Source: Calditrichia bacterium (lineage in GTDB: Bacteria; Calditrichota; Calditrichia; JAJRVZ01). From it: a stretch of DNA of 64,000 bases. Shown here piece after piece: positions 22,791 through 33,140 of this stretch. The stretch covers positions 448,001 through 512,000 of the forward strand of contig CAWCNS010000006.1 in NCBI GenBank assembly GCA_963796965.1, written 5' to 3'. The translations under genes and the position numbers were made by a program. The notes under the pieces are model-generated. The model made no database searches, was not told the DNA's origin, and saw only the letters and a list, made by a program, of their open reading frames with translations. Within the stretch, counting starts at the first letter, position 1. Each line of letters opens with the position of its first letter.

Positions 22791-22820
22791 TGGTAACGCT
22801 TGCTTGTGTGACAATTGTCA
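22791..22820. promoter_or_regulatory. Candidate operators upstream of the TBDR operon
   Basis: TGGTAACGCTTGCT (LacI-family-like) at 22791-22804 and the perfect palindrome TGACAATTGTCA at 22809-22820. Confidence 0.35.
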
Positions 22821-23105
22821 TTATTTCCTCCAAAAAATCAATTGATGAGCAGATAAAATCCTCATAAGGAAATTTGTGAAAGAATTTGGAAGGGAATATA
22901 ACAATTTCAGAACAAGAATTAAACTATAATTAATATGAATTTATAGTCAGAAGGCATTTATAGCATATGGCTGACCCGGATTCAGCAGATTGCCGCGGAT
23001 TGTTTATCTTTGTGAGCTTCGTGCCTTCCTAGTGTCCTTTGCGTTTATCTTTTCTTTTCATTTTCTAAAACACCGCAACGAGCGGATTTTTAAGTTGGCT
23101 TAAGG

Positions 23106-23280
23106 AGACCCTGAAACAAGTTCAGGGTGACAAATGCTTCGTGCTTTTCATGGAGTTTTAGTTCTAATTTACATGTTCTCCGGTGTCATCCTGAAAGGAT
23201 CTTCCTTCTTGCTGCTACAATAATTACACGCAGGAAGATTTCTTTCCCGAAGCGCGATCCCGTTCCGGGATGGAATGACA
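23106..23280. repeat. Cluster of GTCAT/TGAC-ended REP-like elements
   Basis: AGACCCTGAAACAAGTTCAGGGTGAC (identical at 32468-32493) and TGTCATCCTGAAAGGATCTTCC...GGAAGAT...GAATGACA. Confidence 0.7.
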
Positions 23281-23514
23281 AGAACAATACTATTTTATTA
23301 ATTCGAGAAAATTAGTGTCAGTTTCCGCCTGATCGGGTTTCAACGGATAATTCGTGGACCAGGGTTAAAAAAACTTGATATTTGTCACAACTTTGAAATA
23401 AAAAGGCATTATATTATGTTAAAACTTAAATTCCGCTTGATTTTATTGAATCTAAAGTATATTTTAGCCGGAAATCCCACTAAACTTGTATTATCTAATG
23501 TAAGGAGGAATCTT

Positions 23515-25466
23515 ATGATTCGCAATGTTTCGTTACTGTTGTTTGTTTTTCTGTTTGCCTTGGTTTGTTCATCTTCTGCACAAACCAGTGTAAATATGGC
23601 TGTTGGGTATAACTGGGACACCTCAGATACCCTTTGGTCTGGATTTGGAAGTATTCGTGCTACGGCCTATGATGCTGATCTTTTAGGTGATGGTGTCTCT
23701 GCTATTGCTGCAACAGACTATAGTAATAATGGCACGGTTCACGTCTTTAAAACGATTGGTGACAATGCCATTGAAGCTGTTTGGACAACCACATCACCTG
23801 ATTCAGGTGGTACCTATGCTGGTCCTCGCCACGTGGTTTTTGGGGACATGGATGGTGATGGTCGTAAAGAAGTCATTTATCACAGTTCCTACAATGGTAT
23901 TTTTATCTGGGAATGGGATGGCGTAGCAGGAAGCTATAATTTTGGTACAAAACCATCTCAGCAGATCACTGTACCTATTATCAAACATGGTTACAGTGGT
24001 ACTGAATACTGTGAGTATTTAGAAGTTCAGGATCTGGATAATGACGGCAAAGAAGAATTGATTATTGCCTACAACTCAGCCCCCAGTGCAAATGATAACT
24101 ACTATGTTATTAGTGCAATAGGTACTTGGGATACGGAGAGTCCTGGTTTTTCAACTTTTAATGTCGAATGGACAATTGCCCGTACAGCTGAAGGTGATTA
24201 CGGTCTTGGCGGCAGTCCAATTGCTATGATTGGTGCTGATCTTGATGGTGATGATGATAAGGATGTTATCATTCATAACTGGAATTATCAGAATGTGATA
24301 CCTTTGACAACTGTAAAGGCAGATTCTTTTGTAATCGCCGATACAACGAACGGCAAAGCCCATTTTTATCCAACCTATCCAAGTGATAAAGTTGCTCTGA
24401 TGGGTGGTATGGCTGCCGATGTTGATAATGACGGACGAGAAGAAGTCTATATGCCCGTTTACAGCAGTAGTCAGGTGGCTGGGGTGGTAAAGTAAATATG
24501 ATTCATTATGAAGACGGTGAAAGCACCATGGAAATTGACTCTGCCAATGTCTTCTTGATGGATCTCACACCGGTTGGTGCTGCGGTTTCGACCTTTGGTC
24601 ATGGCCAGGGTGATATTGACCAGGATGGCAAAACAAATCTTTATTTTGGACAATCCTATCCTACAAATGTCGTTTCAGCTGAATTTCAGGGTGGCGATAA
24701 AACGGATCCGGCCAACTGGGTTGTAGAAGTGATTTATCCTGGTGATTCTACCATTTTTAGTTCAGTAGATATCTTTCGCGATTCGACTGCTGTTGCTGAC
24801 GAACTCGCCGGTGATTCTACCTGGAATGTAAATACGGCTTTTGTGTCCAACATGTCAGCCAATTTCACTGATTTTGATAAAGATGGTTTTGAAGATATTA
24901 TTCTTCCTTTTCAGGCTATAGAAGATAGTATCACATTAACCACTGAAACCTGGACGGATTCGGTTTTTATCTCTGCTATCGATTCAACATTAGATTCTCT
25001 GGTCATTGATTCAACAGATGTTCCCTGGGATTCTACCTATTATTACTCATACGATACAACCTACACCCGTTACTATGAAGAATCAGAGGAAATGGTTCTC
25101 AATGAAAAAAGATGGTCATTACGGATTATTGAAGGTACAGTTCTTAACAGTATCGAAGCTAAAGATGTAACAGTTATTACACCACAAGACTATGTCTTAA
25201 AGCAAAATTATCCAAATCCATTTAACCCGGAAACGACGATCGAATTTATCCTACCGGTCAGAAAGCGTATTTCTCTGACAGTCTATAACGCTTTGGGTCA
25301 GAAGATTAAGACCCTTTACGATAACAAGGTTATGACAGCGGGTAGTCATGAAATCGTTTGGGATGGCAGAAATGAAGCCGGCAACCGTGTTGCTACCGGT
25401 ATGTATATCTATACATTGAAATTCGGTAACTATGCTAAGAATATGAAGATGATGCTGGTGAAATAA
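23515..25466 (+). CDS. Secreted FG-GAP/VCBS-repeat protein with a T9SS type-A/FlgD C-terminal domain (frameshift ~24460-24485)
   Basis: AAGGAGG RBS and signal peptide; repeated D.D.DG..E motifs; 'LKQNYPNPFNPETTIEF...WDGRNEAG..VATGMYIY...KMMLVK'. Confidence 0.85.
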
Positions 25467-25489
25467 GAGCCAAGATCAGATTTAAAATT

Positions 25490-25521
25490 AAAGGGGTGTC
25501 CATTCGGATACCCCTTTTTTT
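25490..25521 (+). terminator. Rho-independent terminator
   Basis: AAAGGGGTGTCC-ATTC-GGATACCCC followed by a T run, just after the stop codon. Confidence 0.85.
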
Positions 25522-25537
25522 GTTACCCCCGAATAAA

Positions 25538-25706
25538 CTTTCCACGAATCACACAAATTTTTTCTAATTTCACGAATTATATTTAATATTTGTTTACATC
25601 CTAGATATCAGAGATTTTTATGTCTAATCAGAAGACATCAAAATTTAAAAAAATAATAATAAAAAATTCGTGAAATTCGTTTTTTTATTCGTGAAATTCT
25701 TGGAAA
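25538..25706. repeat. CACGAAT-type periodic inverted repeat element
   Basis: AATTTCACGAATT at 25566-25578 with its reverse complement at 25665-25677; an 18-bp identical copy at 28118-28135. Confidence 0.65.
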
Positions 25707-25740
25707 GTCTTTTAAAAATTCTGACAATTAGATTCTTCAC

Positions 25741-26778
25741 ATGATTAAAAATATGAAAAACTTTGAGAATGCTGTAAAGGATGTTGGATTAAACCTGAAA
25801 AAAAATCAATCCCTGGCCAGGTATACCACTATAAAAGTTGGAGGTATGGTTGATTTCTTCGTGATAAGTGAGAATAGTGATCAATTAAAAGAAACAGTCT
25901 TTCTGGCTAAACAACATGATATTCCTTTTTTTATACTTGGTAAGGGAAGTAATGTTATAATTTCCGATGAGGGATATCGAGGTATTGTTATTATCAATAC
26001 TTCAAAGAAATGGGAAATAATTGGAAAAGTAGCATCAAGAAAGTCAAAAGTAAAAGCCCAGCCGCGTTTTAAATCTGACTATTCAGGTTTTGAGTATAAA
26101 ACTACTGGTTCAGAATTGAACAATATTAGCGATATTAGTGTCAGGACAGACTCCGGTGTGGGGGTTAACTATCTTATGCATGAACTATATAAAAAGGGCG
26201 TCACTGGTCTGCAGTGGTATGCCGGCATTCCGGCAACAATAGGTGGGGCGATCTATATGAATATGCATGGGGGAGAATATTTTTTTGGTGACCTTGTCTT
26301 GAGTGCGACTCTAATAGATGGTACAGAGGTTAAAAAAGTCAGTAATGATTATTTTAAATTTGATTATGACTGGAGTATTCTTCATCAGACAAAGGAAATT
26401 ATTCTTGAAGCGGATCTTTGTTTAAAAGATGGTGATCTTGAGTCAGCGATAAAAATATCAAATGAATGGGCACGATATAAAGCTCAGCAACCAAGACGAT
26501 CTGCCGGTTGTATATTCAGGAATTTGTCAACGGAAGAAGTGCAGATACTTGGCTTGCCAACAACCTCGGTAGGTTATCTTATAGATAAAATATTAGGACT
26601 AAAGGGTAAAAGAATTGGGGATGCGGTTATAGCCGAGCAACATGCAGCTTTTATTGAAAACCTTGGTCAGGCAACGGCCAGTGATATTTATGATTTGGTC
26701 CAATTTATAAAACAGAAAGCAAAAACAGATCTGGGTACTGAACTACACGAAGAAGTTCAATTTATCGGTAAATTTTAA
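25741..26778 (+). CDS. murB: UDP-N-acetylmuramate dehydrogenase
   Basis: 'YTTIKVGG', 'LGKGSNVII', 'GIPATIGGA', 'SAGCIFRN', 'HAAFIEN.G.ATA.D', 'L.EEV'. Confidence 0.92.
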   Translation: MIKNMKNFENAVKDVGLNLKKNQSLARYTTIKVGGMVDFFVISENSDQLKETVFLAKQHDIPFFILGKGSNVIISDEGYRGIVIINTSKKWEIIGKVASRKSKVKAQPRFKSDYSGFEYKTTGSELNNISDISVRTDSGVGVNYLMHELYKKGVTGLQWYAGIPATIGGAIYMNMHGGEYFFGDLVLSATLIDGTEVKKVSNDYFKFDYDWSILHQTKEIILEADLCLKDGDLESAIKISNEWARYKAQQPRRSAGCIFRNLSTEEVQILGLPTTSVGYLIDKILGLKGKRIGDAVIAEQHAAFIENLGQATASDIYDLVQFIKQKAKTDLGTELHEEVQFIGKF

Positions 26779-26794
26779 AGATCGGAGTTTTCAA

Positions 26795-28055
26795 ATGGGA
26801 AAATTTATCATTGAGGGAAAACATCCTCTTAGCGGTGATATATATGTATCCGGAAATAAAAATGCTGCTTTACCGATTATTGCCGCGACAGTTTTGACTG
26901 ATGATACATGTGTTCTGGAAAATATACCGGAGATAAGAGATGTTAAAGCCATGTTTGCCCTTCTAAAGGATCTGGGAAAAGAGGTTAAGAGGATAAAATC
27001 TAATGTTTATCAGGTTAGTGGCGCGATCAGAAAAAACAAGTTGAATGATGAAATTACAGGTAATTTGAGAGCCTCTATCTTGTTTTTAGGGGCATTGTTG
27101 GCCCGAAGTGGAGAGGTTGAGATGACCCCTCCCGGTGGGTGTGTATTAGGCAGGAGAAATGTTGACAGCCATTTTTTTGTGCTGCAAACGTTGGGGGCTG
27201 ACCTTAAAATTGAAGATAAAAAGTATCAGGCCTCTTTATCAAAACCAAGAGCGGCAGATATTTTTCTAAAAGAAGCTTCTGTAACGGCAACGGGTAATGC
27301 CTTATTACTTGCTGCCGGAATTGAAGGAGAAACAATCATAAGAAACGCGGCAGCGGAACCCCATATTGTTGATCTGGCTAATGTGTTAAGAAAAATGGGT
27401 GCTAACATTGAAGGAGATGGTTCAAACCGGATTAAAATATCAGGTAGTAAAAAATTGAACGGGTTTGAGCACCGTATCATGCCCGACCATATTGAGGCCG
27501 GTACTTTGGCTATCGCGGCAGCCTGTACAAATGGAAATATTACGATCCATGATGCTTATGAAGAGCATTTTAATATTATCGGGTTCTACCTGGAACAATT
27601 AAACGTTGATCTTACTTTCCTTGATACAAAGACCTTGCAAGTCAAACCATCCAAACTCGTCTCAAAAACAGACAAAATTCAGGTTGGACTCTGGCCGGGA
27701 TTTGCGACAGATCTAATGAGTCCAATAATCGTATTGGCCACCCAGGCAGAGGGTGTTACCTTGTGTCATGATTGGATGTATGAATCGCGGATGTTTTTTG
27801 TAGACAAATTAATTGCTATGGGAGCCCAAATAACCCAATGTGATCCGCACCGGGTTCTGGTGGCAGGTCCAACGCAGTTGCGGGGACAGGAATTGAGCAG
27901 TCCGGATATACGTGCCGGAATTGCTCTCGTTATCGCTGCCATGACAGCCTCAGGTACAAGTACTATTGATAAAGTGGAGTTGATAGATCGCGGATATGAG
28001 GATATTGTAACTCAGGTTGAATCAAATCGGTGCAAACATCAAAAGGATCGACTAA
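26795..28055 (+). CDS. murA: UDP-N-acetylglucosamine 1-carboxyvinyltransferase (+1 frameshift ~28013)
   Basis: 'SGNKNAALP', 'PGGC..G.R', 'SVTAT', 'DIRAG', 'IDRGYE'; the repaired tail reads RLNQIGANIKRID*. Confidence 0.93.
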
Positions 28056-28266
28056 ACAAAGACGTTTCTCTCGCAGAGCCATAGAAAATCTTGTCCACAA
28101 AATTGTCCACGAATTCCTTCTAATTTCACGAATTAAATATAAGAAAGCAGAAGCTGTAAGCAGAAAGCAGTTTAAATAATATTTTTATAATTTTTTGTTT
28201 GTCGTACGTTTAAAAATTTAATTGTATTTGTGTCTTGATTGTCTTTCTCTGCGGCTTTTGAAATCT

Positions 28267-28333
28267 TGGATGATTTTTATCCCGTCTTTGTTGACTGGAT
28301 GGAGACATTTTTATCGGGAGCGTCTCTGCGTGA
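28267..28333 (+). repeat. 67-bp repeat, left copy (inverted relative to 29158-29223)
   Basis: By eye, 5 mismatches and 1 gap versus the reverse complement of the right copy; the last 28 bp are identical. Confidence 0.85.
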
Positions 28334-28393
28334 GAAATACAAGTAAACAAATGGTAAGAAACATGATACAAATTGGGTTATTAGGAATTGCTA

Positions 28394-29122
28394 TTATTTT
28401 TTATTCAAGTATTGAATCTTTAGATCTTTTCCGTCAAAAACAGCATACGAAAAATGATAAAGCCAATCACCAAGGTTAATATATTTATTACCATCTTCGT
28501 TATGTTCAAAGGGCGAATGGCGATGGCCCATCAAAACATAATCAAAGCCTTCTGCAAAACGCTCCCGGGCAAAGTCCACATAATCTCCCTGATCATTTAA
28601 ATCAACCCGGTTGGTATATTGCCTGCTTGAACCGGAAACAAAACGGGCAAAAGGAATACCCCAATCCGGGTGGAGTAGACGGAATAATCTGATACTTAGC
28701 CGGTTTCTCAATACTTTTTTTAGAAAACGGTAGCCGTAGTCTTTCTTTGCGACACCATCACCATGATAGAGATAAAAGTTTTTTCCTTCAAGTGTACCTG
28801 TCCATTCATTTTCAACGGTTTTGATTCCTAATTCACGATCGAAAAAGGACCCCAACCAAAAATCATGATTTCCAGCGAGATAGGTTATATTAATCTCTTT
28901 TTCGCGCATACGTGCCAATTGACGGATAACCGAAAAGTGTTTTTTGGGAATTACATATTTATATTCAAACCAAAAATCGAATAAATCTCCGATAAAAAAT
29001 ACATCGGTCGCATCTTTTTCTAGCTTCTGAAGAAACAGAATAAAATCTTTTACCCGTTCTTTTTCAACATGGGCGGGTTGTTCACCAAGGTGTACATCGG
29101 AGATGAAATATATTTTACTCAT
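28394..29122 (-). CDS. lpxH: UDP-2,3-diacylglucosamine hydrolase-like metallophosphoesterase
   Basis: 'FISDVHLG', 'GDLFDFW.EY', 'GNHDFW', 'HGDG', 'GHRH.P', 'NLGDW'; real start is MSKIYF at 29122. Confidence 0.8.
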   Translation of the reverse strand: MSKIYFISDVHLGEQPAHVEKERVKDFILFLQKLEKDATDVFFIGDLFDFWFEYKYVIPKKHFSVIRQLARMREKEINITYLAGNHDFWLGSFFDRELGIKTVENEWTGTLEGKNFYLYHGDGVAKKDYGYRFLKKVLRNRLSIRLFRLLHPDWGIPFARFVSGSSRQYTNRVDLNDQGDYVDFARERFAEGFDYVLMGHRHSPFEHNEDGNKYINLGDWLYHFSYAVFDGKDLKIQYLNKK

Positions 29123-29157
29123 AAAACTTGTCGTTACCTTACTGTTAGGTTCTTTTT

Positions 29158-29223
29158 TCACGCAGAGACGCTCCCGATAAAAATGCCCCCATCCAGTCGA
29201 CATATACGGGATAAAATCATCCA
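29158..29223 (-). repeat. 66-bp repeat, right copy
   Basis: Reverse complement of 28267-28333. Confidence 0.85.
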
Positions 29224-29442
29224 TCCCGACTTTAGTCGGGAAAAGACGCAGAGAAAATAAATGACTTTTAATAAAAAAATACTGAAGATTTAATAAGCTA
29301 TTAATTATCACCCCAAAATGCAAACGGGCTAACACGCAACCCATTTTAAATTGGAATTATCATTAGCGATGTTACGTTATTATCATAGAAAAGGTAATTC
29401 CGCACAAAGACGATTGGGTGCAGAGAAAAGACTTCTTTAACA

Positions 29443-29514
29443 GTCATCCTGAATTTATTTCAGGATCTCTTATGTAATAGGAATTTTAAGATGCCGAAAT
29501 AAATTCGGCATAAC
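29443..29514. repeat. GTCAT-type REP doublet
   Basis: GTCATCCTGAATTTATTTCAGGATCT ... AGATGCCGAAATAAATTCGGCATAAC. Confidence 0.7.
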
Positions 29515-29675
29515 GAACATATTTGTTTTTGTTTAAACTCTTTTGCAATTTTCTAAGTCGCGATATCTCTGTATCTTTAGCCAATGGCATCACCTAAGGA
29601 GTATCTCTGCGAGGGAGAAATCGATTGACCAAGTTTTAAAATCTTAAGAAGACTGCAAAACCGTACCAAAGGTAT

Positions 29676-30767
29676 ATGAGCATGGATAGATATTCACACT
29701 ATACAAAATACTTTAGGCAAGCCAGAAAAGACAGGAATGCGTCTGAGCAGTTGATGAATCTTTTTAGAAATCTATTGCTTCAGACAAATGGAGATGTTAA
29801 TGAGGCCATTCACTGGATGACAACATTAAATAACCGCTATAATTTTACAGATGATCTTGGTGGTTTTATTGAAAAGTTAAAGGAAGAAGGGTTGATTTCT
29901 GAACAAAATGATGTCTATATCCTGACCGGCAAGGGCAATCAAACGATTCGAAAAACAGCATTTCAGGAGATTTTTTCAAATCTTCAAAAAAAAGGTTTGG
30001 GACAGCATAATATTCCACGGACGGGCAAAGGTCTGGAAAAACTTCCCGAAACACGATCCTACAATTTCGGTGATTCTATTGAAAATATTGAAACAACCCA
30101 GAGTTTAAGCAATGCTATCAGAAGAGATGGAATTGATAATTTTAACCTGCAGGAAGATGATCTGGAGGTTTATGAAACAGAGCACCTGGCCACCTGTGCA
30201 ACCGTATTGTTGATAGATATTAGTCATAGTATGGTTCTTTATGGAGAGGATCGAATTACGCCTGCAAAAAATGTGGCCTTGGCTCTCTCCGAATTTATCA
30301 TGCAACAATACTCGAAAGATAGTTTTCACATAGTCTCTTTTGGAGATGATGCTGATGAGATAAAAGTAGTCGATTTACCCTATTTATCGGTTGGACCCTA
30401 TCATACAAATACGAAAGCAGCTCTCCAAAGAGCACGGCAAATTCTTAATAAGAAAAAGCATGAGAATAAACAAATATTTATGATAACCGATGGTAAACCA
30501 TCCTGTATCTGGGAAGGATTGAATCTATACAAGAATCCCTTTGGGTTAGATCGAAAAATTGTTAATCAGACTTTAAAAGAAGCGGTTCTATGTCGAAGAG
30601 AAAAAATTGAAATTACCACTTTTATGGTTTCTGCTGATCCCTATTTGCAAGGATTTGTAAAAGATCTGACCGAGGCCAATCGCGGAAAGGCTTATTTTAC
30701 TGATTTAAAAAATCTGGGGGAATATATATTTGTTGATTTTGTAAAAAATAGAAGAAAAAACATTTAA
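29676..30767 (+). CDS. VWA-domain protein
   Basis: MIDAS 'LLIDISHSM', 'YHTNT', 'MITDGKP'. Confidence 0.85.
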   Translation: MSMDRYSHYTKYFRQARKDRNASEQLMNLFRNLLLQTNGDVNEAIHWMTTLNNRYNFTDDLGGFIEKLKEEGLISEQNDVYILTGKGNQTIRKTAFQEIFSNLQKKGLGQHNIPRTGKGLEKLPETRSYNFGDSIENIETTQSLSNAIRRDGIDNFNLQEDDLEVYETEHLATCATVLLIDISHSMVLYGEDRITPAKNVALALSEFIMQQYSKDSFHIVSFGDDADEIKVVDLPYLSVGPYHTNTKAALQRARQILNKKKHENKQIFMITDGKPSCIWEGLNLYKNPFGLDRKIVNQTLKEAVLCRREKIEITTFMVSADPYLQGFVKDLTEANRGKAYFTDLKNLGEYIFVDFVKNRRKNI

Positions 30768-30783
30768 CCTGTAAGGAATATTT

Positions 30784-32308
30784 GTGGATATACAAAAAAT
30801 AAAGAACATCAGGGACTTGCGAAAGACTAACTACAAAGTGCGAAATGTGAGAGCGGAGTTAAGTGAAAATCTGATCCGGAAGATTGAATCAAGTGAAGAG
30901 ATATTTCCGGGAATTATTGGATATGATGACACAATTATTCCGGATTTACAAAATGCGATTTTATCCAAACATGATTTTATTTTACTCGGCTTAAGAGGTC
31001 AGGCAAAATCCAGAATTTTGAGAAGTCTGGTAAACCTGCTAGATGATTATATCCCAATAATTGAGGGTAGTGAAATCAATGATCATCCCTTTGAACCCAT
31101 ATCTAAATATGGTCGCGAACTTGTCCAAAAACATGGTGATGATACACCAATTCAATGGATTACCAGAGATCAGCGCTACAGTGAAAAATTGGCGACGCCT
31201 GATGTTTCTATTGCCGATTTGATTGGTGATATAGATCCGATTAAAGCAGCAACAAAGCGTCTAAATTATGCCCATGAGGGTGCTATTCATTTTGGTATTA
31301 TTCCACGAACAAACAGGGGAATTTTTGTAATCAATGAATTACCTGATTTACAGCCGCGAATACAGGTGGGGTTATTAAATATTCTGGAAGAAAATGATTT
31401 GCAAATCCGGGGATATCCCATGCGCATACCGCTGGATATTGTAATTGCTTTTTCTGCAAATCCGGAAGATTATACCAATAGGGGCAATATTATTACACCA
31501 TTGAAGGATCGAATAGATTCGCAGATTATAACCCATTATCCCCTCCAGGTTGAATCAGGCATTGAAATTACCAATCAGGAGGCCTGGCAAAAACGTGAGA
31601 GGGTGGATTCTGAAGAGCAGTATCCCCATTATTTTCGAGAAATAATCGAATATATCGCCGTAGAAGCGCGGGAAAATGAACTGATCGATCAAAAATCAGG
31701 TGTTTCTGCACGTTTACCAATTTCTTGCATGGAATTATTGCTTAGTAATGCGGAGAGAAGGGCAAATTTAAATAAGGAACTCCACACCACCATTCGTATT
31801 TCTGATATAAATGCTGTTATTCCGGCCATTACCGGTAAAATAGAGCTAGTCTATGAAGGAGAACAGGAAGGAATAATAAATGTTGCAAAGATTCTTATTG
31901 GAAAAGCGATAAAAAGGGTCTTTGAAAAATATTTCCCAATTCCTGAAGGAAATAGAAAAGATAAAATGCCGATTAAAGGACGTGAATCTGGAGAAAATAT
32001 TAAGTTGGTTTGCCGGGGACAATATGATTACAGTGGATGGAATGAGTACTGATAAAAAGTATATCGAATCTGTCACCGCTGTAGATGGTTTGGAATTATT
32101 TGTAAAAAAGCAGTTTGCAGTAGCGGATTCGGATAAAGAAATAAATCTTGCTGTAGCCAAAGAATTTGTACTTGAAGCTTTATTTCAAAGTTCCTATCTG
32201 AGTAAGTTCGAGTCTAATGATCAGATTACCTATAAAGATCTGGTAGGAACGATATTTAATTCGTTGCCGGAAGATGATGATGAGAGAGATCTCAATTATT
32301 TTGCGTAA
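30784..32308 (+). CDS. Mg-chelatase-like AAA+ ATPase (frameshift ~31970)
   Basis: Walker A variant GLRGQAKS, 'LIGDIDPIK', 'INELPDL', 'ANPEDYTNRG.II.PLKDR'; the C-terminus continues in ORF 31922-32308. Confidence 0.85.
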
Positions 32309-32402
32309 TTCGGAAGCAGGCCAATGGCTAAAGGCTAAAGGGAAAAGATTCAGAGAAGCGAAGAGCGAGGAGCGTAAAGCATAGAAAGAAATGCACCTAC
32401 CT

Positions 32403-32493
32403 TGTCATTCCGAACTTGCCTGCCCTGAATGTGATTCAGGTTTTCGGAATCTAACTATTGGTAATCAAGACCCTGAAACAAGTTCAGGGTGAC
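32403..32493. repeat. GTCAT-type REP doublet with a nested CCTGCCCTGAA..TTCAGG hairpin
   Basis: TGTCATTCCGAACTTG[CCTGCCCTGAATGTGATTCAGG]TTTTCGGAATCT...AGACCCTGAAACAAGTTCAGGGTGAC. Confidence 0.7.
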
Positions 32494-32573
32494 GGATTTC
32501 TATTAATAAATAATAAATCAGATCTGTATCTTTCTGTATCGAGTATAATGAATGGTTAAACATAGGAAATGAA

Positions 32574-33122
32574 ATGAAGAAAGTATTAGTATTTTTGGCA
32601 TCTGGATTTGAAGAGATTGAAGCGGTTACTATCATTGATCTTTTAAGGAGGGCAGATGTTGCTGTCACGGTTGCTGGATTAGAAAAAGGGATAATAACCG
32701 GATCTCACGGGATATCGATGGGCTGCGATGTATTTATTGAAGATATAGATTCGACTCAATTTGATATGTTGGTTCTTCCTGGCGGACAACCGGGGACGAA
32801 CAATCTTAAAGCCAGTGAAAATGTTTTGGCCATGGTTCGGCAGTTTAACAAAGATAATAAAATGATTGCGGCAATTTGTGCAGCCCCAACAGTATTGGCA
32901 GAGGCAGGGGTATTGGAAAATAAAAGAGTTACCAGTTATCCGTCAGAAAAATCCGTATTTAATTTTTTTGAATATATGGAATCTGATGTTGTTCGGGATG
33001 GTAATATTATTACCAGCCGCGGTGTTGGCACAGCCATAAGTTTTGCCTTAGAGCTGGTAGAAATCCTGAAAGGTGCCGAAGTCAAAAAAGAGCTTGCTGA
33101 AAAAATCTTATGGAAATTTTAA
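32574..33122 (+). CDS. DJ-1/YajL (ThiJ/PfpI) family protein
   Basis: 'GFEEIEAV', 'VLPGGQPG', 'AAICAAP', 'ITSRG.GTA'. Confidence 0.92.
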   Translation: MKKVLVFLASGFEEIEAVTIIDLLRRADVAVTVAGLEKGIITGSHGISMGCDVFIEDIDSTQFDMLVLPGGQPGTNNLKASENVLAMVRQFNKDNKMIAAICAAPTVLAEAGVLENKRVTSYPSEKSVFNFFEYMESDVVRDGNIITSRGVGTAISFALELVEILKGAEVKKELAEKILWKF

Positions 33123-33140
33123 TTTATTCTATTCATAAAT

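Noticed and set aside
28222..28479. 85-aa ORF sharing 'HFYRERLCV' with the N-terminal extension of ORF 28394-29344
   Set aside because: Both are translations of the non-coding inverted repeat
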